A DNA stretch of 64,000 nucleotides, taken from the NCBI RefSeq assembly GCF_964213995.1, contig NW_027590136.1, forward strand, positions 1,178,001-1,242,000, written 5' to 3'. The translations under genes and the position numbers were made by a program. This document shows, in pieces, positions 9,870 through 22,399 of the stretch; the stretch's first letter is position 1; every line of letters begins with the position of its first letter. Source of the DNA: Mustelus asterias (lineage: Eukaryota). The notes under the pieces are model-generated. The model was not told the DNA's origin and did no database searches. It saw only the letters and a program-made list of their open reading frames with translations.

Positions 9870-12032
9870 AGAACAAAGAACAAAGAAAATTACAGCACAG
9901 GAACAGGCCCTTTAGCCCTCCAAGCCTGCACCGACTATGCTGCCCGACTTAACTAAAATCCCCTACCCTTCCGGGGACCATATCCCTATATTCCCATCCA
10001 ATTCATGTACTTGTCAAGACGCCCCTTAAAAGTCTCTACCGTGTCCACTTCCACTACCTCCCCCGGCAACGAGTTCCAGGCACCCATTACTCTCTGTGTA
10101 AAAAATCTCCCCCGTACATTGCCTTTAAACATTGCCCCTCGCACCTTAAACCTATGCCCCCGAGTAATTGACTCTTCCACCCTGGGAAAAAGCTTCTGAC
10201 GATCCGCTCTGTCCATGCCTCTCATAATCTTGTAGACTTCTATCAGGTCTCCCCTCAACCTCCATCGCTCCAGTGAGAACAAACCAAGTTTCTCTAACCT
10301 CTCCTCATAGCTAATGCCCTCCATACCAGGCAACATCCTGGTAAATCTTTTCTGTACCCTCTCCAAAGCCTCCACATCCTTCTGGTAGTGTGGCGACCAG
10401 AATTGAACACTGTATTCCAAGTGCGGCCTAACTAAGGTTCTGTAAAGCTGCAACATGCCTTGCCAATTTTTAAACTAATACCCCGGCCGATGAAGGCAAG
10501 CATGCCGTATGCCTTCTTGAGTACCTTCTCCACCTGCATTGTCACTTTCAGTGACCTGAATACCTGTACACCCAGGTCCCTTTGCCTATCAATACTCTTA
10601 AGGGTTCTGCCATTTACTGTATATTTCCTATCTGTATTCGACCTTCCAGAATGCATTACTCTCATTTCTCCAGATTAACCTCCATCAGCCATCTCTACGC
10701 CCAAGTCTCCAACTGGTCTATATCCTGCTGTATCCTCTGATGGCCCTCAGCACTATCCGCAAATCCACCAACCTTTGTGTTGTCCGCAAACCTACTAATC
10801 AATCCAGTTATGGTTTACTCCAAATCAATTTTATATATTACAAACCAAAGGTACCAGCACTGATCCCTGAGGAACTCCACTTGTCACAACCCTCCATTCA
10901 GAAGCGCAGCCTTCCACTGCTACCCTCTGTCTTTCTTTGGCCGAGCCAGTTTTGTATCCATCTTGCCACCTCACCTCTGCTCCCATGCGACTTCACCTCC
11001 TGCACCAGTCTGCCATGTCAGAACCTTTTCAAAGGCCTTACTGAAGTCCATGTAGACAACATTCACTGCCCTACCCTCATCAATCATCTTCGTCACTTCC
11101 TCGAAGAACTCGATCAAGTTCGTGAGACACGACCTCCCCTTCACAAAACCATATTGCCTCTCCTGAATACGTCCACTTTTTTCCAAGTGGGAATAAATCC
11201 TGTCTCGAAGAATCCTCTCCAATAATTTCCCTACCACTGATGTAAGGCTCACTGGCCTGTAATTACCTGGATTATTCTTGCTACCCTTCTTAAGCAAAGG
11301 AACAACATTGGCTATTCTCCAATCCTCTGGGACCTCCCCTGCACTTTAACCTGGTGTTGTTAAACTTCTTACTGTGTTTACCCCAGTCCAACGCCGGCAT
11401 CTCCACATCATGACCTCCCCTGCAGCCAGTGAGGATACAAAGATTTCTCTTAAGGCCCCAGCAATTTCCTCCCTTGCCTCTCTCAGTATTCTGGGGTATA
11501 TCCCATCAGGTCCTGGGGACTTGTCCACATTAACGTTTCTCAAGAACCCCAATACCTCCTCCTTTTTGATCTCAATATGACTCAAACTATCTACACATCC
11601 TTTCACAGAATCATTATCCACCAAGTCCTTCTCTTTGGTGAATACTGACGCAAAATACGCACTTACTATCTCGCCCATGTCCTCTGGCTCCACGCATAAA
11701 TTCCCTCCCTTGTCCTTGAGTGGGCCGACCCTCTCCCTGGCTACCCTCTTGCTCTTTATGTATGTATAAAAAGCCTTGGGATTTTCCTTAATCCTGTTGG
11801 CCAATGCTTTTTTATGACCCTCTTTAGCCCTTCTTACTCCTTGCTTAAGTTTCTTTCTACCTTCCTTGTATTCCACACTTGCTTCGTGTGTTCCCAGTCT
11901 CCTAGCTTTGATAAATACTTCCTTTTTTTCTCTTTGACTTGGCTCACGATATCTCTCGCTATCCAAGCTTCCCAAAACGTGCCATACTTATCCTTCATCC
12001 TTACAGGCATGTGCCTGTCCTGAATCCCTATC
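9870..12032 (-). mobile_element. 5'-truncated CR1 LINE with frameshifted ORF2 (RT)
   Basis: Minus-strand ORFs carry [21 protein letters not shown] and LYRTLVRPHLEY..QFWSP; (gaacaaa)n 3' tail at 9870-9886. Confidence 0.95.
11344..11411 (+). mobile_element. 68-bp Penelope-like 3' terminal insertion with a 13-bp target duplication
   Basis: Matches 37361-37428; flanked by gacctcccctgca at 11331-11343 and 11412-11424. Confidence 0.88.
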
Positions 12033-12379
12033 AAATTCCTCAATGAAAAGATGGGAATGCGATGATACAACCCACTGTACCCCCACTTCCTCAATGAAAA
12101 GACGAGGAATGTGATTATGTAACCCAGTGTAATTCCACCTCTTCAGTGGATAGAATCAAACCGGAAATTGCTTCACTGGCCAGAGAAGGGGAACTATGAG
12201 CTCATTAACCTCCCTCTCCCCAAGCAGAGTGTTTGGAAGGGAACGGCTCTCAACAATATGAGCTCAGTTGTGAACTGTAGCAAGTGGCTTCTGGTTTACT
12301 GGCCACAGATTATAAACTTCCATTATGCTAAACAGTCTATTAAAAATATATTTACAGAACATAATTTTGCATTTATACG

Positions 12380-13370
12380 TACATAGACAAACTATGCACA
12401 GACACAAAGACACCCACCCACAATGACACACATACACAAATAAAGATACGTATACACACACACACACAGACACACACATTCATACAAACAGATACACAAA
12501 TGCACACATAGGCACACACTTGCACAAACAGGCACAGAAACAAAGGCATACACACTAACACTCAAATACGTATGCACACGCGCACAGAAACGCACACACA
12601 TACATGAAAGCACACGCAAACATGCACATACACGAACAGGTACACAGACACACACACACACACACACACAAACACATATATACATATACACAAATACAGA
12701 GAGACACACATACATACAGATACGCACAAATACACAAACATATACTCATACAAATACAGGTAGATTAGCACACGTTCACGATGACAGAAATATAAACATA
12801 AAGACACACTGTCATAAACATTAATGCCCTTTCATGGACACACATGGTGGTAGATGAACCGAATATACACGGACACAGAAACATACAGATGAACAGGGAG
12901 CAAAACGTTCACATGAACACATGTAGACGCAAGCATTAACATACTCATACAGAAATAAATTCCATAACACACATTAATAGGCATGGAACCATAAACCCAC
13001 AACAACACATAGTTTTAAAGAACTATCATCTCTTAAGTTCGTACACTAACACACTGACTGACAGGGACAGAAAGGGAAGAAAACATGAATAGACTGGTAG
13101 ATATGTGTCATGCAAAAGAAGGATCAACAAATAAAGCATGCGTGAACGCATGCACACGCATGAACAGAGACATCAATAAACATAGACTTCACAAAACAAT
13201 GCAGTCATAGATACACAATGACAGAAGAATAAAATATGCACACAGACACACAAGTACACAAATCAATACGCAGAGGCACATGAGCACGTACATTAACACT
13301 CATACACGCAGATTAATTCAAATAGATGCTCATGCACACAATACACAAACGCGAAATCTTAAACACAAAC
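12380..13370. repeat. Degenerate (CA/TA)n low-complexity tract
   Basis: acacacatac-type repeats; the C/V-rich ORFs are artefacts. Confidence 0.85.
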
Positions 13371-13918
13371 GGCAGGCAATCGATAAAAGTAAAATTCAAC
13401 CGTAACGTTTTTAGTAGATATATCCACCGATAGCTGCCCGTATTATACAATGATCCGACAAATATGTGGAACCACTGGTCTTCCTGAGAAAGCGAATTAA
13501 GTTAATGATATACTAAGCATTTCCATCATAAATAAGCAAATAAGATGGAAACTCACATCCCAGCTTTACACAGCAACTATCATAGTTTAAAACAATTATC
13601 ATCGATCGTGAATGTTCCTCGATATCAATCATAACATTCCTCAGTAAGAGATAGTGCCAAACTGTTCGAAACAAACTGCTACTGAAGATATAATGCTGTG
13701 TGTTTCGACACAGCCTGTCTGTGGAATGTAAGGGAAGAACCGGTATGACGATAGTTATGGAGATCGGTTACTGAGTGTCCTGAACTTAATAGTGAATATA
13801 TTTTGAAAACTAAATTAGAGGATAAGTTAATGACTTAATAAAGAGAAAAGGGAAAATAAGAAGAACAACAAGATTCCCTGGATAAATTAAATAACCTGAT
13901 TTTATATCCGTCCTCTAG

Positions 13919-14040
13919 ACTCCACAGACCGCATCTGGACTGAAGGCAATGAGGATGATACCATCTGTACAACCGCTTCCACATTCATCTTCCTGTTCTC
14001 CCTGAGCATTTTCTACAGCACTGCTGTCACTCTGGTGAAG
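13919..14040 (+). CDS. IGHM: IgM TM1 (membrane) exon
   Basis: Acceptor tcctctag| and donor |gtgaga. In frame with the CH4 donor: DSTDRIWTEGNEDDTICTTASTFIFLFSLSIFYSTAVTLVK, retaining the CART-like TF..LF.LS.FYS..VT pattern. Confidence 0.93.
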
Positions 14041-14168
14041 GTGAGATGATTCAATTCACTCACACGTCAAACTGACAGAAAAATCTCAAAATTTCATTGA
14101 TTAAAAACTCCAACATAAATTTCCCAGAACATAAACATCTGTTTCATTATTTTATGTCTCTTTTCCAG

Positions 14169-14177
14169 ATCAAGTGA
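14169..14177 (+). CDS. IGHM: IgM TM2 exon coding part (IK*), giving a KIK cytoplasmic tail
   Basis: Strong acceptor tgtctcttttccag|ATC AAG TGA, 128 bp after TM1. Confidence 0.85.
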   Translation: MK

Positions 14178-14240
14178 TGGGTTGAATTTTGGATGCTATA
14201 GATTTCCTTCAGCTGATGACTAAAATCTCGGTATGACACA

Positions 14241-15540
14241 TTTAGAACTAAATAGTCTCATTAGCGATAGACAACATGGTTTTGTACGAGGGAGATCATG
14301 CCTCACAAATTTGGTTGAGGTTTTTGAGGAGGTGACAAAAATGCTTGACGAGGGAAGGGCCGTGGATGTCGTCTACATGGATATTAGTAAAGCATTTGAC
14401 AAGGTCCCTTATGGCAGGCTGGTGCAACAGGTTAAATCTCACGGGATCAAAGGTGAACTAGCTCGATGGGTACACAACTGGCTTGGTCATAGAAGACAGA
14501 GGGTAGTAGTGTGGAGGGGTCTTTTTCTGATTGGAGGTCTGTGACTAGTGATGTTCCGCAGGGCTCTGTACTGGGACCTCAGCTGTTTGTGATATATATA
14601 AATGATTTGGAAGAAGATTTAGCGAGTCTGATTAATAAGTTTGCGGACGACAGAAAGATTGCTAGAGTTGCGGATAGTGATGAACATTGTCAGAGAATAC
14701 AGCAGAATATAGATAGGCCGGAAAATTGGGCGGAGAAATGGCAGATGGAATTTAATCCAGATAAATGCGAAGTGATGCATTTTGGTAGATCTAATGCAGG
14801 GGGGAGCTATACAATAAATGGCAGAACCGTCAGGAGTATAGACACACAGAGGGATCTGGGTGTGCAAGTCCACAGATCCTTAAAGATGGCAACACAGGTG
14901 GAAAAGGTGGTGAAGAAGGCATATGGCATGCTTGCATTCATTGGACGGCGCACAGAGTATAACAGTTGGCATATGATTTTGCAGTTATATAGAACGTTGG
15001 TTAGGCCACATTTGGAATACTGCATCCAGTTCTGGTCGCCACACTACCAGAAGGACGTGTAGGCTTTGGAGAGAGCGCAGAAAAGGTTTACCAGGATGTT
15101 GCCTGGTATGGAGGGTATTAGCTATGAGGTCAGATTGAGTAAACGAGGGTTGTTCTCCCTGAAAAGGCGGAGATTGAGGGGCGACCTAATAGAAGTTTAT
15201 AAAATTATGAACGGCATAGATAGGATGAACAGTTGGAAGCTTTTTTCCCAGGTCGGAAATGACAAACACAAGGGGTCACAAGTTCAAGGTAAGGGGGGCA
15301 AGATTCAATTCAGATATGCGGGGGATGTATCTTACACAAAGTGTCGTGGGGGCCTGGAATGCACTACCAAGCAATGTGGTTGAGGCGGACACGCTAGGAT
15401 CATTTAAGATTTATCTAGATAGCCACATGAGCAGACTGGAATAGAGGGATACAAACGGATGGTCGAGTTAGGAACACATGATCGGTGCAGGCTTGGAGGG
15501 CCAAAGGGCCTGTTCTTATGCTGTATTGTTCTTTGTTCTT
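14241..15540 (+). mobile_element. 5'-truncated CR1 LINE in the 3' UTR of membrane IgM
   Basis: RT motifs ([27 protein letters not shown]) and a (tgttctt)n tail; tgacaca at both 14234-14240 and 15541-15547 is a probable target-site duplication. Confidence 0.93.
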
Positions 15541-15929
15541 TGACACAAATACAATATCTGCTCTCGGTGATTCCAGTTATCACAGTTTATCATTCCGCAC
15601 CTGCAATTTACACAACCGTGGTCGGTACTCCAGTTTTCAATATGAAATATGCGAGATAATTTTTGTTGTAATGTGAACTGTAGTTAATAGTTTCCCTGTA
15701 GTTGAAATTTAATGTATAAATAAATGAGTTTTCTCGTTATTTATCCACAGTTGTTCATTTCCCAATACGTTGAGCTCCTGTTTTCTGTTTCATGTGTCTC
15801 CTACAGTTGTACATATATTGGACAGCTCAGAGTTCATGTCTTCCGTTCTCAATGTGGAACGAAATCGTTATGTTCAATTTTGTGAACTTTAAAGTAAACT
15901 TTTCTGTAAAATGTTCCCTGATTTTTTAA

Positions 15930-15946
15930 AATAAATCTTGAATAAA
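15930..15946 (+). terminator. Likely poly(A) signals of membrane IgM mRNA
   Basis: aataaa at 15930-15935 and 15941-15946 followed by T/GT-rich sequence; another aataaa at 15719-15724. Confidence 0.6.
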
Positions 15947-16104
15947 AATTACCTCACTCTGGCTTTGCTTTACTCCTTTATCTAAAGTCCATCGGCACCG
16001 CTCCATTTTTCCGATTACACGGTTACCCCCTTTTCCCAGACAGGTGTTTTCCCCAGTCCTGTCTGGGATGTGTTTGAGCACAAGATCCTTCAGTGAAAGA
16101 ATCA

Positions 16105-16123
16105 CTGCGCCACCTAGCGACCC
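16105..16123 (-). promoter_or_regulatory. Candidate CTCF-binding motif
   Basis: Reverse complement GGGTCGCTAGGTGGCGCAG fits the CTCF core (C/T)C(A/G)C(C/T)AG(G/A)(G/T)GGCGC. Confidence 0.55.
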
Positions 16124-16359
16124 AGCTTTACCGCTGCCTTTCTTATGATAACCGTGATGCCGGCGGGCACAGTAAGAAGTCTCACAGTAAAAAGACTACT
16201 TCATTTTATGATAAACGCCAGCGAGAGAATGATTGAACAGTGAGGGGAATCTTGGTGATTTCCATCATAAACTGGTCTGTCACTGACGAGTGGCAGGTAT
16301 TTCAAAACAAAAAAAGGCTCTGCTTCATCAGAGGCCGATGTAGCACACTAAAAAGGAGA

Positions 16360-16850
16360 ATCATAGAATTCCACAATATAGAAGGAGGCCAGTTGGCCCA
16401 TCGATTCTGCACCATACACAATTCCACCCAGGCCCTATCCCCATAACTCCATGCATTTCCTCTTGCGAGTCACCAGCAGCAGTGCTAATCACTGTGCCAC
16501 CGTGCCTCCTGAAGAAGAAAACTTCCTTTACTCTGTCCTACTGGCTCTGCTGCCTTAGAGCACCATGGGTCCGGGTTCAATTTCGGCTTTGGGTCATTGT
16601 CTATGTGGAGTTTGCACATTCTCCCCATGTCTGCGTGGGTTTCCTCCGGGTGCTTCGGTTTCCTCACGCACTCGAAAGATATGTGGCTTAGCTTGTTTGG
16701 CCATGCTAAATTGCCCCGAGTGTCAGAGGGATTAGTAGGGTAAATACGTTGTTTTACGGGAAGCGGGCCGGGGTGTGATTGTGGTCGGTGCAGACCCGAT
16801 GGGCCAAATGGTCTCCTTTTGTTTTGTAGGTATTCTAAGATTCTATGATT
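16360..16850. mobile_element. Rearranged SINE fragments in both orientations
   Basis: Minus-strand tail and head pieces at 16360-16505; plus-strand SINE body at 16540-16850 ending ttctatgatt. Confidence 0.75.
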
Positions 16851-18061
16851 CGCTGACTAAAAAAGTCGTTGCAGCGTTGGTTATCAGATTAAATCTTTCT
16901 CCCTATTGCCGATTAAAAATTCCAAGTCAGACAAGCCACAGGCTAGATATAAAACACGGAGAGAACAGTGAGGTATTAACTATGGGGTGAAACCTAGCGA
17001 CTGGGACATTATTTGCACACACATATAATCGAGTCGACATTTTAAAATGATTACCAGAGTTTGGGGCATGTGATATATACAAGGGGAGAAAGCGCAGCAA
17101 TTTCCCGATGTGGGAACAACAAATAAATAGAAAACATGGGAAATATTCCCGGAGAAAGGGATTTATTCTGATACAGAGACTCCAGATTCGCATTTTCTCC
17201 GAAACACATGAAGATACATTTTGCTCCCCCTGTTCTACTCGACATGCACACGCTCAACTTTCTGGTGAACACACAGTGACTGCCGACTTCAAGCTTTCCT
17301 TTTTGTACCAATTAACACTGTCTCTATGATTCCTTTTCCGATTATGCATTATTCCCAATAAGCATCATTGCCTCTGACGCCACCTGGAATCACTGAATAT
17401 CACCCAAGGGATTCTCTCTCCCTGCTCCATTCACTCTGATAATATCTCCCTGTACACACTGAACATAACCCCAGGTATCTACCAGTGACCTTCAGACTTT
17501 CACGCCCTGAGCTTCCTGTCCACCTTCATGTAATTATGGTCTTCCACAGGCTGCCGATGATATGCGCATTTCCTGAGCATTCTGGACTGGCCCTCTTGGT
17601 TTTCCGACATTCTGTTTGGTGAGGATCAAAGCTTTTCATTCTAATGTACTGAAGTTCAGCTCCAGGCTATCGGTTGGTTACAGATCGTATCAAGTTAAGA
17701 GGGAGAAGAATTAACGTCTTACATGCGGGCTCAGCAGAACTTCTCTGAATGGTTATAGCTGATATTTAAGCTTTCTTTTGCTCGAACCCCTTTTAATCAT
17801 CACGTCCACCCACACAGCCATATGCCCACCAACCTCACTATGCTACTTTTACCTTAAGTTTACCTTATGTCTCGGTACTTTCCCCAGGCTCGGGAGCTCT
17901 CAAGATAGTTCAGAAGCCCTTAATGTTGCTAAGAGTTGACAACCATTCCCGTTGAATTGGAGGAACTGCAGCCGCAACCTCTGCCAGAACCATTGAAGAT
18001 TCAGCTATTGATTGACTCATAAAAAAACTGACATTACCACCGCTGAATCTCCAACCATCAA

Positions 18062-19845
18062 CATATAGAACATAGAACATAGAAAGCCACAGCACAAACA
18101 GGCCCTTCGGCCCACAAGTTGCGCCGATCACATCCCCACCTCTAGGCCTATCTATAGCCCTCAATCCCATTAAATCCCATGTACTCATCCAGAAGTCTCT
18201 TAAAAGACCCCAACGAGTTTGCCTCCACCACCACCGACGTCAGCCGATTCCACTCACCCACCACCCTCTGAGTGAAAAACTTACCCCTGACATCTCCTCT
18301 GTACCTACCCCCCAGCACCTTAAACCTGTGTCCTCTCGTAGCAACCATTTCAGCCCTTGGAAATAGCCTCTGAGAGTCTACCCTATCCAGACCTCTCAAC
18401 ATCTTGTAAACCTCTATCAGGTCACCTCTCATCCTTCGTCTCTCCAGGGAGAAGAGACCAAGCTCCCTCAACCTATCCTCATAAGGCATGCCCCCCAATC
18501 CAGGCAACATCCTTGTAAATCTCCTCTGCACCCTTTCAATGGCTTCAACATCTTTCCTGTAATGAGGTGACCAGAACTGCGCGCAGTACTCCAAGTGGGG
18601 TCTAACCAGGGTCCTATAAAGCTGCAGCATTATCTCCCGACTCCTAAACTCAATCCCTCGATTAATGAAGGCCAGTACGCCGTACGCCTTCTTGACCGCA
18701 TCCTCCACCTGCGAGGCCGATTTAAGAGTCCTATGGACCCGGACCCCAAGGTCCTTCTGATCCTCTACACTGCTAAGAATGGTACCCTTCATATTATACT
18801 GCTGCTTCATCCCATTGGATCTGCCAAAATGGATCACCACACACTTATCCGGGTTGAAGTCCATCTGCCACTTCTCCGCCCAGTCTTGCATTCTATCTAT
18901 GTCTCGCTGCAACTTCTGACATCCCTCCAAACTATCCACAACACCACCTACCTTCGTGTCGTCAGCAAACTTACCAACCCATCCCTCCACTTCCTCATCC
19001 AGGTCATTTATGAAAATGACAAACAGCAAGGGTCCCAGAACAGATCCCTGGGGCACTCCACTGGTCACTGACCTCCATGCAGAGAAAGACCCCTCCACAG
19101 CCACTCTCTGCCTTCTGCAGGCAAGCCAGTTCTGGATCCACAAGGCAACAGCCCCTTGGATCCCATGCCCTCTCACTTTCTCAAGAAGTCTTGCATGGGG
19201 GACCTTATCGAACGCCTTGCTGAAGTCCATATAGACCACATCCACCGCTCTTCCTTCGTCAATGTGTTTGGTCACATTTTCAAAGAACTCAACCAGGCTC
19301 GTAAGGCACGACCTGCCCTTGACAAAGCCGTGCTGACTACTTTTGATCATACTAAACTTCTCTAGATGATCATAAATCCTGTCTCTCAGGATCCTCTCCA
19401 TCAACTTACCAACCACTGAGGTTAGACTCACCGGTCGGTAATTTCCCGGGCTGTCCCTGTTCCCTTTCTTGAATATAGGGACCACATCTGCAATCCTCCA
19501 ATCCTCCGGAACCTCTCCCGTCTCCATCGACGATGCAAAGATCATCGCCAAAGGCTCCGCAATCTCCTCCCTCGCCTCCCACAGTAACCTGGGGTACATC
19601 CCATCCGGTCCCGGCGACTTACCAACCTTGATGCCATTCAATAGTTCCAACACATCCTCTTTCTTTATGTCCACATGCTCGATCCTTTCTGTCCACCGCA
19701 AACCAGCAGTACAACCACCCAGATCCCTTTCCACCGTGAATACCGAGGTAAAGTATTCATTAAGCAGCTCCGCCATTTCTAACGGTTCCGCACAAACTTT
19801 TCTCCCTTCACCTTTTAAGGGTCCTATGCCTTCACATCTCATCCT
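18062..19845 (-). mobile_element. Young 5'-truncated CR1 LINE with an uninterrupted RT/C-terminal ORF2
   Basis: ORF 18148-19887 has all RT motifs and no stop or frameshift, but no endonuclease domain; (catagaa)n tail at 18062-18083. Confidence 0.96.
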
Positions 19846-20138
19846 ATTGGGCTTACAATTGGCCAAAAACATAAATTGGCCGGCCACGCGAATTCTGTGG
19901 CTCCAAGATCACGTCGGAGGTGTTCCTTCAACAGTGACCCTCTGCCGCATAGAAGGACAAGGGCATCAGATTCATGGGATAAGCAGCATCAGGAGTTTCA
20001 AGTGAATGTCACTCACCATGCATAATTCGAAAGTTATCGCCGTCCCTTCATGTCGCTGGGTCAAAATCCTCGAATTCCCTCCCTCACAGCGCTGTGGATG
20101 TACCTACAACACGTGGACTGAAGCGGTTCAAGAAGGCA

Positions 20139-20494
20139 GTTCATCACCACCTTCTCAAGGGCAATTGCGGATGGGCAATAAATGCTGACTTAACAATTAT
20201 GCTCATCCCCAAAGAGTGATTTATTTAAACGGAACACCATAAATTGTAACTCCGATGCTGAATTATCACATGAGGGAAAACACACTCTCATAAAAGAATA
20301 TGCTGTTATGTATGAAAGCCGCTCTCGAAGATCTGACTTTCTCAGCAACGCGTTCTCTTCCATTTGATAATTCAGCATCGGAGTTACAATGTATAGTTCT
20401 CCAGGTAAAAAATCACTCCTAGGATATCACCATCGTTTGCAAGTCAGCATTTATTGCCCATCCTCAAGTGCCCTTGATAAGTTGGTGGTGAACT
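20139..20494. repeat. Long imperfect inverted repeat (fold-back) with a perfect 26-bp core
   Basis: attgtaactccgatgctgaattatca (20243-20268) is the exact reverse complement of 20365-20390; the outer arms include inverted LINE-tail sequence ggatgggcaataaatgctgactt. Confidence 0.88.
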
Positions 20495-22399
20495 CCGAAA
20501 TAATTTCACAAAAACGGAAATAAGTTTTAATTGTACTCACTGTAGCCATGTGGCAGACAGTTATGACACAGGAGGAGACAGGACAGTTTAATTCTCTGGA
20601 AGATAGTGTTGTCCCAGAAATAGATCTTATTAAGGATGCCAAATTAATGAACCTAAAGTTCCCCGGGTGTGACTGGCCCAATCGCCGTTTCATAAGGTAG
20701 GCTACATGAGCCTGCGTTCAGGTTACAGGAGCTATCAGAGAGTGTATTGAATTACTAAAGATGACTGGGCTCCCACATCGCCTTTTGGACCTTGAGTGAA
20801 TAAATGCTTCATCTATTCTCAATCATTGTACATATCGTAAACAATGTTTGGACGGGTAAAACCATCGCAATGCCATGTTGACTGCAGCAAAAATCGAGAA
20901 TGGACATTTATTGACCTTGAATAGAAATGTAGTCCTGTTTGCCGTTCACGTTCAGACCATATGAAACATATGAGAGTCATCACCAGGGTATGGAAATTGT
21001 AGTGTGGATTCAAATTCGATCTGCTGCACGGTGAGACTGGGGATTAAGGTCCGTAACAATATTTGGGAGTCAGGTGGCAAATAGATCAATAGACACCCAC
21101 ACCTGAATCATTGCAGTGTTTGACAGAGGAGAAACACCTGTAATAATTTTCTGGGGTTTTGGTGTGAGAAATATGGAGATTTCACTGATACCAGGCTTAT
21201 GTATAGGTTTTCGTGTGCGGGCCCACCAACTTAACAGTTGCAGAGAGGACACTTGCACATTCCTGTTCAGGCATTGGTCCAGGGCTCTGGGATAACGTCA
21301 ATAACCATCCCTCCATCACAAGCAGTTCCCCATGAGGGAGTGTAGAAGTCTATCCCGATCGAATGAGTCTGTGCTTACCTCTACAATTTCACTGCCTGAT
21401 CCAAAGCCGAAATGTGTCCACTCGGACAGAGAATTGCATACTGTGGTGGTATGAACTTGACGCTACTTGCAAAGGATGAGTGTGGAAAACAAAACCATTC
21501 TAATCAATAATGGATTTTCTACAGGTCCACATTAAGAATACAATCACAGAAGAATAGTGGGGGGAGCCGGACATCCGACTGATGTGGACCAGCACATTAA
21601 TTACACCAATTGGAATTCGGGAACAATAAAAAGCCGCCAATCATCACAGCTGTTTGTATTTGTTGGGAGTTGAATGCTGGGCTGCCTGAAGCTTCTCACT
21701 TCTCGCTTGCTCCTGTACTCAATCCGACCCTCAGTAATAAAAATACATTCCTTTCTGAGTTCAAACCGACATTCATTGATTCTGCATCAGTTTACAGGTA
21801 AGGACACAATTACTTCACCCTAAAACTTAGAAATTGGGAAAGAGTAAAAGGTGAGTGACAATTCCAGCAGTTGAATGGACAGAGGCCAGGTTCGCTATAG
21901 GTAAATGCAATAGTCAAGAATAGGAGCGGGAAATGGATCAGTCGATGTCTGGAATAATGAAATAAAGAATGGGGATTGAAGAGTAAGGACTGGAAATGAG
22001 AAAATAAGCAGTCGAGATGAAGGAATTAGAGTGGAAATAAGCGACCAGAGAGTAAGGATGTGGGATTTGAAAGTCGGGTCGTGAGAGTAGCGAATGCAGA
22101 TTGGGGAATGAAATGTGCTGACGGGGACTAGGAGAGCGAGGGATAATTGTGTTGAGATTGGGCTGTGTAAGTAGCTTACTAGTGGAGGCAGACTGATATA
22201 TGCGAGCCAAAGTAAGGATATATGAGCCAAAATAGAGCGATAAATGGGATTGTTCACCTCTCTCTCTTAGAACAGTTGACTGAGAGAAACCAAGGTATAC
22301 AGCAATATCTCAACGGGAGAGAGAGAGAGAGAGAGAACACCGCAGAGATACCAGGCAGGGTGCAGATATGAACTCGAAGGAGAGGGGACTGAAAGTTAC

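Larger units (their letters stand above)
9560..12240. repeat. Degenerate ~50-bp minisatellite split by a CR1 insertion (units at ~9560-9870 and ~12035-12240)
   Basis: The motif ttaacccactgtacctccacttcctcaatgaaaagacgagggaatgtgatta recurs on both sides of the LINE. Confidence 0.6.

Noticed and set aside
12264-12807. Cys/Val-rich ORFs
   Set aside because: These are translations of (TG)n microsatellite.
17272-17322. RSS-like cacagtg ... cctttttgt ... cactgtc
   Set aside because: The spacer is 9 bp rather than 12 or 22/23, and there is no adjacent coding segment.
21600-22390. Possible LTR or retroviral remnant, with similar purine-rich stretches at ~28900-29370 and 31280-31830
   Set aside because: I could not identify a paired LTR, primer-binding site or gag/pol/env motif by eye.
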